From the NCBI GenBank assembly GCA_963779415.1, contig CAVZYA010000002.1:1440001-1504000 (forward strand): DNA of 64,000 bases, read 5' to 3'. Shown here in pieces: positions 52,745-62,909 of the stretch (position 1 is its first letter; every line of letters begins with the position of its first letter). The position numbers were made by a program, and so were the translations under genes. The notes under the pieces were generated by a model. It had not been told where the DNA came from and ran no database searches. It saw only the letters and a program-made list of their open reading frames with translations. Source of the stretch: an uncultured Acidobacteriota bacterium (GTDB taxonomy: Bacteria > Acidobacteriota > Thermoanaerobaculia > UBA5066).

Positions 52745-53632
52745 ATGAGGCCGCACCGCCGGTTTGTCGCCTTCACCGCTCTTTGCGCCGTTCTCTCCGC
52801 GCCTTCACGCGCCGCCGACCTCTCGGCGGCCGACGCCGTGGCCGAGGCGGACCGCCTCTGGGCCGCTCGCGCTGAAGGAGCCACGAGCGGCGAGGTTCCG
52901 CCGGCACGGATCGACCCGGTCATCGCGCTCTGCCGGAAAGCGATCGAACTCGATCCGGAATCTCTCGAGGGACGCTGGCGGCTGATGCGGGCCTTCTACT
53001 TCAAGGGCGAGTACACGACCCGCGTCCCGGAGGAGCAAAAGCGGATCTTCGAAGAGGGGAAGAAGGCCGGCGAGGAGGCCCTTGCCGTCATCCGCAGGAA
53101 AGTCTCCGCGGCGACGGGGCGCCCGGCCGACAAGGAAGGCCCCGTCGCGCTCGCCCCCGCGGCGAAGGCGATTCCGGGCGCGGCGGCCACATTTCTCTGG
53201 ACCGGGATCGACTGGGGGAAATGGGCGCTCGTATTCGGGAAGACCGCCGCAGCGCGGCAGGGGGCGGCCGCGAAGATCCGGGACGACGCCGAGGCCGCGA
53301 TCCTCATCGACCCCGACTTCGAGGAGGGGGCCGGCTATCGTCTCCTCGGGCGCGTCCATCACCAGACGCCGAGCATTCCGTTCATCACCGGGTGGGCCTC
53401 ACGTTCCCAGGCCATCAGGAACCTCGGGATCGCGATCGAGAAAGGCCCGAAGAATTTCTACAACCGGCTCTACTGGGCCGAGGTGCTCCACGACTACGAG
53501 CCGTCCCGCCGGGAGGAGGCGAAAAAGGCTCTCGAGTCGCTGGTTGCCGACACGCCCTCTCCGGCCTTTCTCGTGGAAGATCTGCGGGTCCAGGAGGAGG
53601 CGCGGGAGGACCTCAAGGCGTGGGCGCGCTGA
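52745..53632 (+). CDS. Exported TPR-like helical protein of unknown function
   Basis: Signal peptide; KAIELDP, LIDPDFEEGAGYRLLGR, YNRLYWAE repeats. Confidence 0.6.
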   Translation: MRPHRRFVAFTALCAVLSAPSRAADLSAADAVAEADRLWAARAEGATSGEVPPARIDPVIALCRKAIELDPESLEGRWRLMRAFYFKGEYTTRVPEEQKRIFEEGKKAGEEALAVIRRKVSAATGRPADKEGPVALAPAAKAIPGAAATFLWTGIDWGKWALVFGKTAAARQGAAAKIRDDAEAAILIDPDFEEGAGYRLLGRVHHQTPSIPFITGWASRSQAIRNLGIAIEKGPKNFYNRLYWAEVLHDYEPSRREEAKKALESLVADTPSPAFLVEDLRVQEEAREDLKAWAR

Positions 53633-53663
53633 GGACGCCCGGAGCCGCGTCTAGAATCGTTCC

Positions 53664-54599
53664 GTGAAGACGACGGGAGAACGGGCGCCGCGGAGCCGGA
53701 TGGCGGAGAGGCTTCGCCGCGCCATGGACCGGATCGTCGAGACCGCGGAGAGCCGGTCGGGACTCTCGGCCGTGGACGCCCCCCCCCGGCCGCAGAGAAG
53801 GGAGATCGTCGAGATCCTCCGGATGCTGCAGGAGGTCGTCTTCCCGGGGTATTTCGGCGAGTCGGTCCTCTACCGCGCGAACCTCCGCGACCATCTCGGG
53901 GACACGCTCTTCAGGATCCACATGCGGCTCTCCTCCGAGATCGAGAAGGCCCGGGCACACCTCTCCGACGCGGGAGTCCCGGCCGACGCGGCGCGGGAGA
54001 TCACGACCCAGCTCTTCGAGCGCCTTCCGGAGGTCGCGGACCGCGTCGCCGAGGACGTGGAAGCCGCCTATGACGGCGATCCGGCGGCGACCGGCTGCGA
54101 GGAGGTGATCCTCGCCTACCCGGGCTTCCGGGCGATCTTCACGTACCGGATCGCGCACGAGCTCCATCTCCTCGGCGTGCCGCTCATTCCGCGCATGATG
54201 ACGGAGTTCGCGCATCAGGAGACGGGAGTCGACATTCACCCCGGCGCCCGGATCGGGCGGAGCTTCTTCATCGACCACGGGACCGGGGTCGTCATCGGCG
54301 AGACGACCCGGATCGGGGACCACGTGAAGCTCTATCAGGGCGTCACGCTTGGGGCGCTCTCGTTCCCGAAGGACGAGCGGGGTCGGCTCATCCGCGGGAC
54401 GAAGCGGCACCCGACGGTGGAGGACGGCGTCGTCGTCTACGCGGGCGCCACGATCCTGGGCGGCGAGACCGTCATCGGGAGCGGGAGCGTGATCGGCGGC
54501 AGCGTCTGGCTGACGACGTCCGTTCCGCCCGGGACGCGGGTCACCCTCGAGGGGTCCCGGCCGAAGTTCGAGACGCGGAAGCCCCCGGCGCGGCCCTGA
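53664..54599 (+). CDS. cysE: Serine O-acetyltransferase
   Basis: GDPAA, YPGFRA..YRIAH, DIHPGARIG, IDHGTGVVIGET, QGVTLG, KRHPT. Confidence 0.92.
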   Translation: MKTTGERAPRSRMAERLRRAMDRIVETAESRSGLSAVDAPPRPQRREIVEILRMLQEVVFPGYFGESVLYRANLRDHLGDTLFRIHMRLSSEIEKARAHLSDAGVPADAAREITTQLFERLPEVADRVAEDVEAAYDGDPAATGCEEVILAYPGFRAIFTYRIAHELHLLGVPLIPRMMTEFAHQETGVDIHPGARIGRSFFIDHGTGVVIGETTRIGDHVKLYQGVTLGALSFPKDERGRLIRGTKRHPTVEDGVVVYAGATILGGETVIGSGSVIGGSVWLTTSVPPGTRVTLEGSRPKFETRKPPARP

Positions 54600-55090
54600 A
54601 GCGACGAACCGACTCACCCGAGACGACGCGCGCCTCGCAAAGGAGCCGTGCCACGCTCTTCCGGAGACCTGGGACGACGCGCCGCGGCGCGAGGTCCGAG
54701 AGCGGCGCGAGGACGAAGAGGCGCGTCGCGAGGCGCGGATGGGGGAGAACGAGATCCTTTTCCCGGCGGAGGCTGTCGCCGTAGAGAAGGAGGTCGAGGT
54801 CGAGCGCGCGGGGCCCGTTCGGGACGCCGGGCCTCCGGCCGGCGGCCCGCTCGAGGCTTTGCATCCGCGCGAGGAGAGCGCGGGGCGCGAGGCGTGTCCG
54901 TCCCGCGAGAACGGCGTTGACGAAATCGGGCTGCGGAGGGCCGCCGACGGGGCTCGTCCGATAGAGGGGCGAAAGCCGCGGCCTCTCGATCCAGCGCGCC
55001 AGGGCGCGCGCGGCACGCCGCACGGCGAGGGCGGGGGCGCCCACGTTGGCGCCGAGGCCGATAGCGACGAAGACGGGACGCGCGGGAGGC
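54541..55090 (-). CDS. folK: 2-amino-4-hydroxy-6-hydroxymethyldihydropteridine diphosphokinase (start codon unclear)
   Basis: IGLGANVG, QPDFVNAV, GPRALDLDLL, LPHPR...RLFVLAPL. Confidence 0.88.
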
Positions 55091-55093
55091 GCG

Positions 55094-55420
55094 TCAGTAC
55101 TCTTCTTCGTCGCTTTCGGCGGCCTCGAGCGGTCCGGCCGTGTCGAGGGGGAGCTCCTCCTCGTCGTCGAGCCGCTTGACGGCCTCCTCGGGCTCGGCTC
55201 CCGCGTCCTCCTCTTCGCGCGGCCGCTCGAAGAGATCGGGATCGGCGAACTCGTCACGTCGCGCGCGGCGGGCCGCCGCGAGCATGACGGGCGACGTCGG
55301 CTGCGGGGGAGCGTCCTTCTGGTCGGCGTGGCATTTCGGGCAGAGGACCGGAGTCTTCTTCAGGTCGTAGAACTTCGCTCCGCACTTGTAGCAGTCGTGT
55401 TTCTGTCCGAGCTCCGCCAT
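55094..55420 (-). CDS. FYDLN-acid zinc-ribbon protein (TIGR02300-like)
   Basis: ELGQKHDCYKCGAKFYDLKK..CPKC plus acidic tail; RBS GAGGA. Confidence 0.88.
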   Translation of the reverse strand: MAELGQKHDCYKCGAKFYDLKKTPVLCPKCHADQKDAPPQPTSPVMLAAARRARRDEFADPDLFERPREEEDAGAEPEEAVKRLDDEEELPLDTAGPLEAAESDEEEY

Positions 55421-55502
55421 CAATTCCTCAAAGGCGGGCGGAACATAGCACCCGGGTTTGAGAGGGTCAACGCGGATCGGGCCCTTAAACTCCCGCTCTG
55501 CG

Positions 55503-56669
55503 ATGTCGGCCCTCCTCGCCTTCGAACGGCTCGTCCGGGACCGGGAGACCGCGGCCCGTCGCGGCCGGCTGACGCTCGGGCACGGAACCGTCGAGACCCC
55601 GGCCTTCATGCCGGTCGGGACGGCCGGGAGCGTCAAGGCGGTCGCGTGGGAGGACGTGGAGCGCGCCGGCGCCCAGATCGTCCTCGCCAACACCTACCAC
55701 CTGATGCTCCGGCCCGGCGGCGACGTCATCCGGCGGCTCGGGGGTCTCCACCGCTTCACGGGGTGGACGAAGCCGATCCTGACCGACTCCGGCGGCTTCC
55801 AGGTGATGTCTCTCGCCGGCAAGCGGAAGATCCGCGAGGACGGGGTGACCTTCCGAAGCCATCTCGACGGAAGCGAGCACCGGCTCACGCCCGAGCGAGC
55901 GATGGATCTTCAGCTCGGCGACTTCGGCGTGGACGTGGCGATGGTCCTCGACGAGTGCACGCCTTACCCCGCGACCCGGGAAGCGGCGCGCGCTTCGATG
56001 GAGCGGACGCACCGCTGGGCGGTTCGCTCGCTCGAGCGGCGCGAGGAGATCCGCGGCCGCGGGGAGGGCTCCGCCCGGACCCCGCTCCTTTTCGGAATCG
56101 TGCAGGGAGGGATGTACGAGGCCCTTCGCGCGGAGAGCGCGGCGACGCTCGCCGCCCTTCCGTTCGACGGGATCGCCTCGGGCGGGCTCTCGGTGGGGGA
56201 GCCGAAGGACCAGATGCGGGCGATGGTCGCGACGACCGGGCCACGCCTCCCCGAGGAGCGGCCCCGCTACCTGATGGGGGTCGGCCGGCCGGACGACCTG
56301 ATCCACGCCGTGGCTCACGGATTCGACCTCTTCGACTGCGTCCTCCCGACGCGAGCGGCGCGGCACGGCCTCCTCTACACCTCCGAAGGGACGCTCGTCA
56401 TCAAGCACGCCCGCTACCGGGAGGACCCGGCGCCGCCCGACCCGGCCTGCGGCTGCGCGACCTGCCGGCATCACTCGCGGGCCTACCTTCGACACCTCTT
56501 CCTCTCGGGGGAGCCGTCGGCGGCGCTTCATCTGACGGTCCACAACCTGACCTCGATCCTTGACTTGATGCGTCGAATCCGTGAGGCTCTCGCGAACGGC
56601 GAGTTCGCGACGTGGTCCGCAGCGGCGGCCGCGCGCCTCTCGTACGACGACCGAAAGGACGCGACATGA
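55503..56669 (+). CDS. tgt: tRNA-guanine transglycosylase
   Basis: TPAFMPVGT, ANTYHL, TDSGGFQ, GIVQGG, PRYLMGVG, FDCVLPTR, CGCATC...HN zinc site. Confidence 0.96.
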   Translation: MSALLAFERLVRDRETAARRGRLTLGHGTVETPAFMPVGTAGSVKAVAWEDVERAGAQIVLANTYHLMLRPGGDVIRRLGGLHRFTGWTKPILTDSGGFQVMSLAGKRKIREDGVTFRSHLDGSEHRLTPERAMDLQLGDFGVDVAMVLDECTPYPATREAARASMERTHRWAVRSLERREEIRGRGEGSARTPLLFGIVQGGMYEALRAESAATLAALPFDGIASGGLSVGEPKDQMRAMVATTGPRLPEERPRYLMGVGRPDDLIHAVAHGFDLFDCVLPTRAARHGLLYTSEGTLVIKHARYREDPAPPDPACGCATCRHHSRAYLRHLFLSGEPSAALHLTVHNLTSILDLMRRIREALANGEFATWSAAAAARLSYDDRKDAT

Positions 56670-57001
56670 CGCTCGCCCTTCTCCAGCAGGCGGCCCCCGG
56701 GCCGGGCGGCCTCGGCCAGACGCTGACGGGCTTTCTCCCGATCCTCTTCGTCTTCGCCATCTTCTATTTCATCCTCCTCGCCCCGATGCGCAAGCAGCAG
56801 AAGAAGACGAAAGCGATGCTCGCGGCGCTGAAGAAAGGGGACCGGGTCCTGACGACGGGCGGCATCTGCGGCACCGTCGCGCAGATCGAGGATGCCTGGG
56901 TCTGGGTGAAGATCGCCGACACCGTCAAGGTCAAGATGGCCCGGAGCGCCATCACCAGCCTGGTCGAGGACGGCGAAGCGCCGAAAGAGTCGGCCGCCTG
57001 A
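56666..57001 (+). CDS. yajC: Preprotein translocase subunit YajC
   Basis: FYFILLAPMRKQQK, LKKGDRVLTTGGI. Confidence 0.93.
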   Translation: MTLALLQQAAPGPGGLGQTLTGFLPILFVFAIFYFILLAPMRKQQKKTKAMLAALKKGDRVLTTGGICGTVAQIEDAWVWVKIADTVKVKMARSAITSLVEDGEAPKESAA

Positions 57002-57033
57002 AGAGCCGGACAGGCGGCGGACGGAGCGCGATC

Positions 57034-58248
57034 GTGCCTTCGGGAGCGCCCCTCGTTCTCCTCCAGACCTCCGACTGGCACGTCGGCTCGCCCCTGACCA
57101 GCGGCGCCCTCGCGTGGCCCGCGGACCTCCGGTCGCGGCGGCGCGAGGAGGTGGACGGCGCGGCCGAGCGCGCGGTCCGGGCGGCCCGTGCGGCCGGCGC
57201 GGACCTCCTCGTCGTTCCGGGCGATCTCTGGGATGCCGAGAGCGTTCCTCCGTCGTCCGTTCACCGGATCCTCGAGGCGCTGGCCTCCTTCGCGCCGCGG
57301 CCCGTCTTCATCGCGCCGGGGAACCACGATTTCGCCGGCCCCGGAGGCTTCTACGACCCGGCCGTCCTTTCGGCGCTCGACATGCGGCCGTGGCCGGAAA
57401 ACGTCATTGTCTTCCGCGACGGGGATTGGACGGCCGTTCCCGTTCCGGGACGGGAGGACGCGGTCGTCGTGGGCCGCGCGTTCCTCTCGCCGGCCGCCGT
57501 GGACGAGCGCCCGCTCGCGGCGCCTCCCCCGCGACCGGAAAGGGCTCACTCGCTGCTACTTCTCCACGGCTCGCTCGAGAGCTACCCGGGGGCGGACGCG
57601 CCCCGCGGCGGGAAGAGGACCGCGCCCTTCACCCGCGACGAGCTTCTCGCGGCGGGATTCTCGTGGGCGGCGCTCGGCCACCATCACCATCTCCACCTCG
57701 TGACGGACGGAGGCGGCGTGCCGCGCGGCGGCTATTCCGGCTCTCCCGCGGGGCGCGGGATCGACGAGACGGGTCCGCGCGTCTTCCTGAAGGTGACCCT
57801 CGTTCCGGAAAGAGCCCCGGCCGTCGAGGCGATCCCCTCCGACGACCGGACGCTCTTCGACCTCGGGGTGGACGTCGACGGTCTCGAGTCGGAGGCGATC
57901 CTCGAGAAGGTGGAGGCGGCTCTTTCGGAGGCGGGGGCCGGGCCGCCCGACGTCGTCCGGATCACGCTCACCGGGGTACAGCCGCACGGCGCGCGTCCGG
58001 TGTCGGCGCTCGCGCCCCTCGCGGGGCGTCACGCGCATCTCGTCCTTCGTGACGCGACGGCGCCTTCGCCTCCGGAGGATCCGGGGACGCGGGCGACGGC
58101 CGAGGGACGGTTCTACGCCGATCTGGCGGCGCGGCGGTCCGCGGCCCCGGACGATGCCTCGAGGCGGGTCGTCGATCTCGCCCTCCGCCTTGGGCGCGAT
58201 GCGCTCGCCGGCCGGTCGGTCCGGCCGCCGGAGCCGGAGCGCGGATGA
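57034..58248 (+). CDS. SbcD/Mre11-like metallophosphoesterase nuclease (YhaO-like)
   Basis: SDWH, PGDLWD, PGNHD, LLHGS, ALGHHH, YSGSP.GRGIDETG. Confidence 0.88.
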   Translation: MPSGAPLVLLQTSDWHVGSPLTSGALAWPADLRSRRREEVDGAAERAVRAARAAGADLLVVPGDLWDAESVPPSSVHRILEALASFAPRPVFIAPGNHDFAGPGGFYDPAVLSALDMRPWPENVIVFRDGDWTAVPVPGREDAVVVGRAFLSPAAVDERPLAAPPPRPERAHSLLLLHGSLESYPGADAPRGGKRTAPFTRDELLAAGFSWAALGHHHHLHLVTDGGGVPRGGYSGSPAGRGIDETGPRVFLKVTLVPERAPAVEAIPSDDRTLFDLGVDVDGLESEAILEKVEAALSEAGAGPPDVVRITLTGVQPHGARPVSALAPLAGRHAHLVLRDATAPSPPEDPGTRATAEGRFYADLAARRSAAPDDASRRVVDLALRLGRDALAGRSVRPPEPERG

Positions 58249-61120
58249 GGATCGAGCGGATCCGGATCGCGGGATTCGGCCCCCTCGCCGGTGTCGATCT
58301 CGACTGGCCCGAAGGGCAGCTCCTTCTCGTCCTCGACGGGAACGAGCGCGGGAAGACGACGCTCTGCGAGGCGATCGTCGCCGCCCTCTATGGGCTGCCG
58401 CGCCGCCGGGGGGGAGTGAAGAGCCTTCGCGACCTTCGTCGCCCGCACGGCGGAGCGCCCCTTCGCGTCGGACTCGATCTCTCGGCCGTCGATCGCCGCT
58501 GGTCCATCGACCGCGATCTCGAGAAGGGGACCCTCCGTGTCGTCGACCGCGACCGGGGGGTCGAGGCGACGCGGGAGTTTCTCCGTTCGCAGGGGCGGGA
58601 CGTCTTTGGCGAGAGCGTGACGGGAGGGCTCTCCGAGCCGCTTTTCCGGGCCACGGCCTACGTCGCCCAGAACGTCCTCGACCGCGACCGTCTCGACTCC
58701 TCCCTCACCGTCGAGCTGGCGCGGATCGCCGACACGGGAGGGGGCGAGGCCTCGGTCGTTCGCGCGCTCGCGCTTCTCGAGGCCGTGCGGAGGGAGATGC
58801 CGGACGCGCGGACGGGCGCGACGGTCTCGATCGAGACCGAGATCGCGCGCCTCGGGAAGAAGGGGGAGATCCTTCAGGCGGAGCGGGCGCGGCTCGCCTC
58901 GCTTCGTCATTCGGCGGCCGAAGCCTCGGCGCGGCTCCAGGCGGCGACGCGCCGGCGGGACGCGGCCCGCGCACGGGCCGAGGTCGCCGCGCTCGCCGTC
59001 GTCGAGGCCGAGCGCCGGTCGCTCTCCCGGAGGCTCGCCGCGCGGAAGGCGGCGCGCGAGGCGCTCGCGGCCGCGGAGGCCGAGACGTCGGCACTGGCGC
59101 CGGATGCCGAGACCCTTCCGGCGGCGCGCCTTTCGGCGATCGACCGGTTGCGCGCCGAGCGCGGGGCCCGTCCCGAGGCGCTTCGCGTCCGCGCGCGAGG
59201 CGCTCGCCGCGGACGAAGCGCGGCTCTCGGAGCGGCGCGCCGTGAACGAGCGGCGGCTCTCGCCCGCCCTCTTTCTCTCTCCCGAGGATCGCGAGACGGC
59301 GCGGCGGCTCCTCGAATCGGCGCCCCGCGCCGCGGAAGAGCTCGCGGCGACGGAGTCCGACGTGGAGGGCGAGTGGCAGGAGCTCCGGCGCTCCGGCGTC
59401 GCCGACGAGCTGCGACGGCTCGAGGCTCTCTCGCCCGAGGACCGTCGGTTCGTGGCCGGAGCCGACGAGGAACGTTCGTCTTTCGAGCTCGAAGGGGTCC
59501 GGCTCGACCGGAAGGTGGCCGAGGGGAAGACCGAGATCTCGATTCTCCTCGCCGAGCGGCGTGAGCGCGTCCGGCAGGCCCGATGGCTCTCCGGAGGCGC
59601 GGCCGTCTTCATCCCGGTGGCGGCCCTCCTCGCGCTCTCGTCCGCGCCGACGGCCCTCGCGATCGCCGCGTCCGCCGCGGCCGTCATTCTCGGCGTCGCC
59701 GCCGCGTTCGCCTGGATCTCCGGCCAGCAGCATCGGCGCGACGACGAGGAACGGCTCCAGGCCGTCGACGAGTCGAACCGGCAGGCGGCCGCGGACGCAC
59801 GTCACCGGCTCTCCGAGCTGAGACAGCGCCTCGACCAGGTGGCCCGCCTCGCGGGACTCGGGGACGGCGTGGCGCTCGTGAAGGTCCTCCGCCGGGTCCG
59901 GTCGGTGGAGGATTCCAGGAGGCGGCTCCTCGAGAAGAAGGCTAGGCAGGGCGCCGCGGCCGAACGCTGCGCCCGGATCGACCTCGAGCTCGCGTCGCTG
60001 GCCGGCCCGCTGGGGCTCCCTCCGGGCTTCCCGGGAGCCGAAGCGACCTCCCGGGCGCTCGCCCTTCTCCGGGAAGTCGAGGAGGCGCTCGCGGAGGAGC
60101 GGACGTCGGCCGAGCGGACGGCTCGCGAAGGGGAGCGGCTCGCGGCCGAGAGCGACGAGATCGCACGGATCGAGGCGCGCCTTCGGGAGGAGCTTCATGC
60201 GGCAGGCATTCCTCCGGACCTCTCCCTTCCGGAGGCCCTTGCCGCGGTCGAGGTCTCCCGTCGCCGGCTTGCCCGCCGGGCCCGGCTTCTCGAGGTGGAG
60301 ATTCCGGCCCGGCGCGAAGCGGTGGACGAGGCGGAGATCTCGCGCCTCGAGGAACGCCTCGCCGCGCTCGAGGCCGAGCTTTCGGAGCGGAGAGGGACGG
60401 AGTCCCCGGCGGGAGCGGACGTCGAGCCGGAAGAGGCCCGGCGGGAAGCCGAAGAGGCTCGCGAGGCCCTCGAATCCGAGGAGTCCGCACTCCTCGACGG
60501 CCGAGCGCGAGCTCGCCGCCGCGGCGCGCGAAGGGGGCGAACGGGCCCGGGAGACCGAGGAGGGGCTCGCCGAGACGGAGGCGCTTCTCGACCGGGCGGT
60601 CCTCTTCCGCGACGCGGTAGACCTTGCCTTCGGCGCGCTGACCTCCTCGGCGGCTGCCGTGTACGGCGACTTTCGTCGCGGTCTCGCCGAGGCCTCGCGG
60701 GCGATCCTCGAATCGTGGCGCGTTCCCTGGGCGGCCCTCGAGTTCGGCGACGACCTCTCCGTTTCGGCCGTGGCGGCGGACGGGCGCACCTTCACGCAGG
60801 CGGAGATCGACGGGGCATTCTCCACGGGCGCCCGCGAGCAGCTCCATCTCACGGCTCGGCTCGCCGTCCTCCGCTACCTCGGCGCCGGCGGAACCGGAGT
60901 GCCGCTCCTCCTCGACGATCCCCTCACGGGGACGGACGACGAGCGCTTCGCCGCGGTGATGGAGTTCCTGATCTCGCGCGTCCTTCCCGAGCGGCCGGTC
61001 CTCCTCGTCTCCTGCCACCTCTGGCGACACGAGAGGCTCCGTGCGGCGCTTCCGCCGTCGTCGGCCGGGCGGCTCGCCGTCGTCCGGCTCCCCGGGCCGG
61101 TGGAGCGGGCGGCCGTTTGA
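58245..61120 (+). CDS. SbcC/Rad50-like SMC ATPase with central TM hairpin (YhaN-like); frameshifts near 59185 and 60495
   Basis: IRIAGFG, Walker A GNERGKTT, Q-loop YVAQ, long coiled coil, signature FSTGAREQL, Walker B LLLDDP, SCH. Confidence 0.83.
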
Positions 61121-61265
61121 TGCCGCGGCGGTTGCCGCCCGGAAGGTGTTCCCGTAGACTCCCGCGGTTCGCCCGGGGAGACCCGGCCTTATCCTCGCGG
61201 CCCGGAGACGGGGCGGTACCGAAGCCGCCGCGGTCCCTTCGGGCCCGAACCCGGAGGTTCCGTCC

Positions 61266-62898
61266 GTGCAAAAGCCTGTCGGTTGGCGCATCGCCCTGAC
61301 GCTGGCGGTTCTCGCCGCCTCCATAGCCGCGTACTGGTGGCGGGGCCACGAAGCGCTCAGGAAGTCGCCGCTCGCCCCGCCCGATCCGAGCGTCTCGGAC
61401 GTCCTCAGGAGCGGGCTCAAGCTTGGGCTCGACCTCCGGGGCGGCATCCACCTCGTCATGCAGGTCGTGACGGCGGATGCGCTTCGCGTCGAGGCACAGG
61501 ACGTCCTCGAGCACGTGAAGGACGAGGCGGGCAAGCGCGGCATGACCGTGAGCCCGGCCGGCCCGCGCGGACGCCGGCGGGTTCACGCTCAAGATCGACG
61601 AGAAGACCGAGACGGCGAAGCTGCGCGACCTGCTAAAAGCCTCGCTTCCGCCGAACGCGTGGGACGTCTCCGAGCGAGGGCGCGAGTGGAAGGTCTCCCT
61701 CAAGGACGCCGAGAAGATGGCGATCGAGGATCAGGCGGTGCGCCAGGCCGTCGAGACCGTCCGGAACCGCGTCGACGCCCTAGGCGTGGCCGAGCCCTTC
61801 ATCGGCCGGCAAGGGACGGACCGGATCCTGATCCAGCTCCCGGGAGTCGACGACCCGGCCCGAGTGAAGGAGATCATCGGGACGACCGGCCTTCTCGAGC
61901 TGAAGCTCGTGGACGAAAAGGGAGGGCCGTATCCGACCGCCGAGGCTGCCGCGGCCGCGTACGGCGGGACGATCCCGGCGGACCTCGTCGTCGTCGAGGG
62001 CTTCAGCGAGGATGCCGAGGCGCGGACGCGGACGACGGTCTACTATGTCCTCCGGAGGGCCTCGGTCATCACGGGGCGCGACCTGAAGAACGCCCGCGTC
62101 GGTCGCGACAAGTTCAACCAGCCCGCCGTCGAGTTCTTCCTGAACGCGGCCGGCGCCGTGAAGTTCGGGGACGCCACGGGGCGGAACGTCGGCAAGCGCC
62201 TCGCCATCGTCCTCGACAACCGCGTCCAGTCGGCCCCCGTCATCAACAGCCAGATCAAGGACACCGGCATCATCGAGGGGAACTTCACGCCCGACCGGGC
62301 GGAGGCGCTCACGCTCGTCCTGAAGTCGGGCGCCCTCCCGGCCCAGATGATCAGCCTCGAGGAGCGGACGGTCGGGCCGTCGCTCGGCCTCGACTCCATC
62401 CGTCAGGGGATCCTCGCCGCGATCGTCGGGATGGTCCTCGTCTTCATCGCGACGGTCCTCTACTACCGGCTCGCCGGCGTGAACGCCGTCATCGCGCTGA
62501 TCCTCAACGCCGTCATCCTCCTCGGCGCCATGGCGTGGATCAACGCGACGCTGACGCTCCCCGGCATCGCCGGCTTCATCCTGACCATCGGCATGGCGGT
62601 CGACTCCAACGTCCTGATCTTCGAGCGCATCCGCGAGGAGATGGACGGCGGGAAGGCCCCGAAGGCCGCCATCGACCTCGGATTCAAGCGCGCCTTCGGC
62701 ACGATCATCGACACGCACGTGACGACGATCTCCGCCGCCGCCTTCCTCTTCCAGTTCGGCACCGGCCCCGTCCGGGGGTTCGCCGTCACGCTCGTCATCG
62801 GCCTCGCCGCCTCGATGTTCACCGCCGTCTTCGTGTCGCACCTCCTCTTCGACCTCGTCTACGGGTCGAAGCCGAAGGTCGAGACGATCTCCATCTGA
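61266..62898 (+). CDS. secD: Protein translocase subunit SecD; frameshift near 61565
   Basis: LKLGLDLRGG, RNRVDALGVAEP, VGPSLG, LTLPGIAG, GMAVDSNVLIFERIREE, GPVRGFA. Confidence 0.93.
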
Positions 62899-62909
62899 AG
62901 GAAGGGCCC

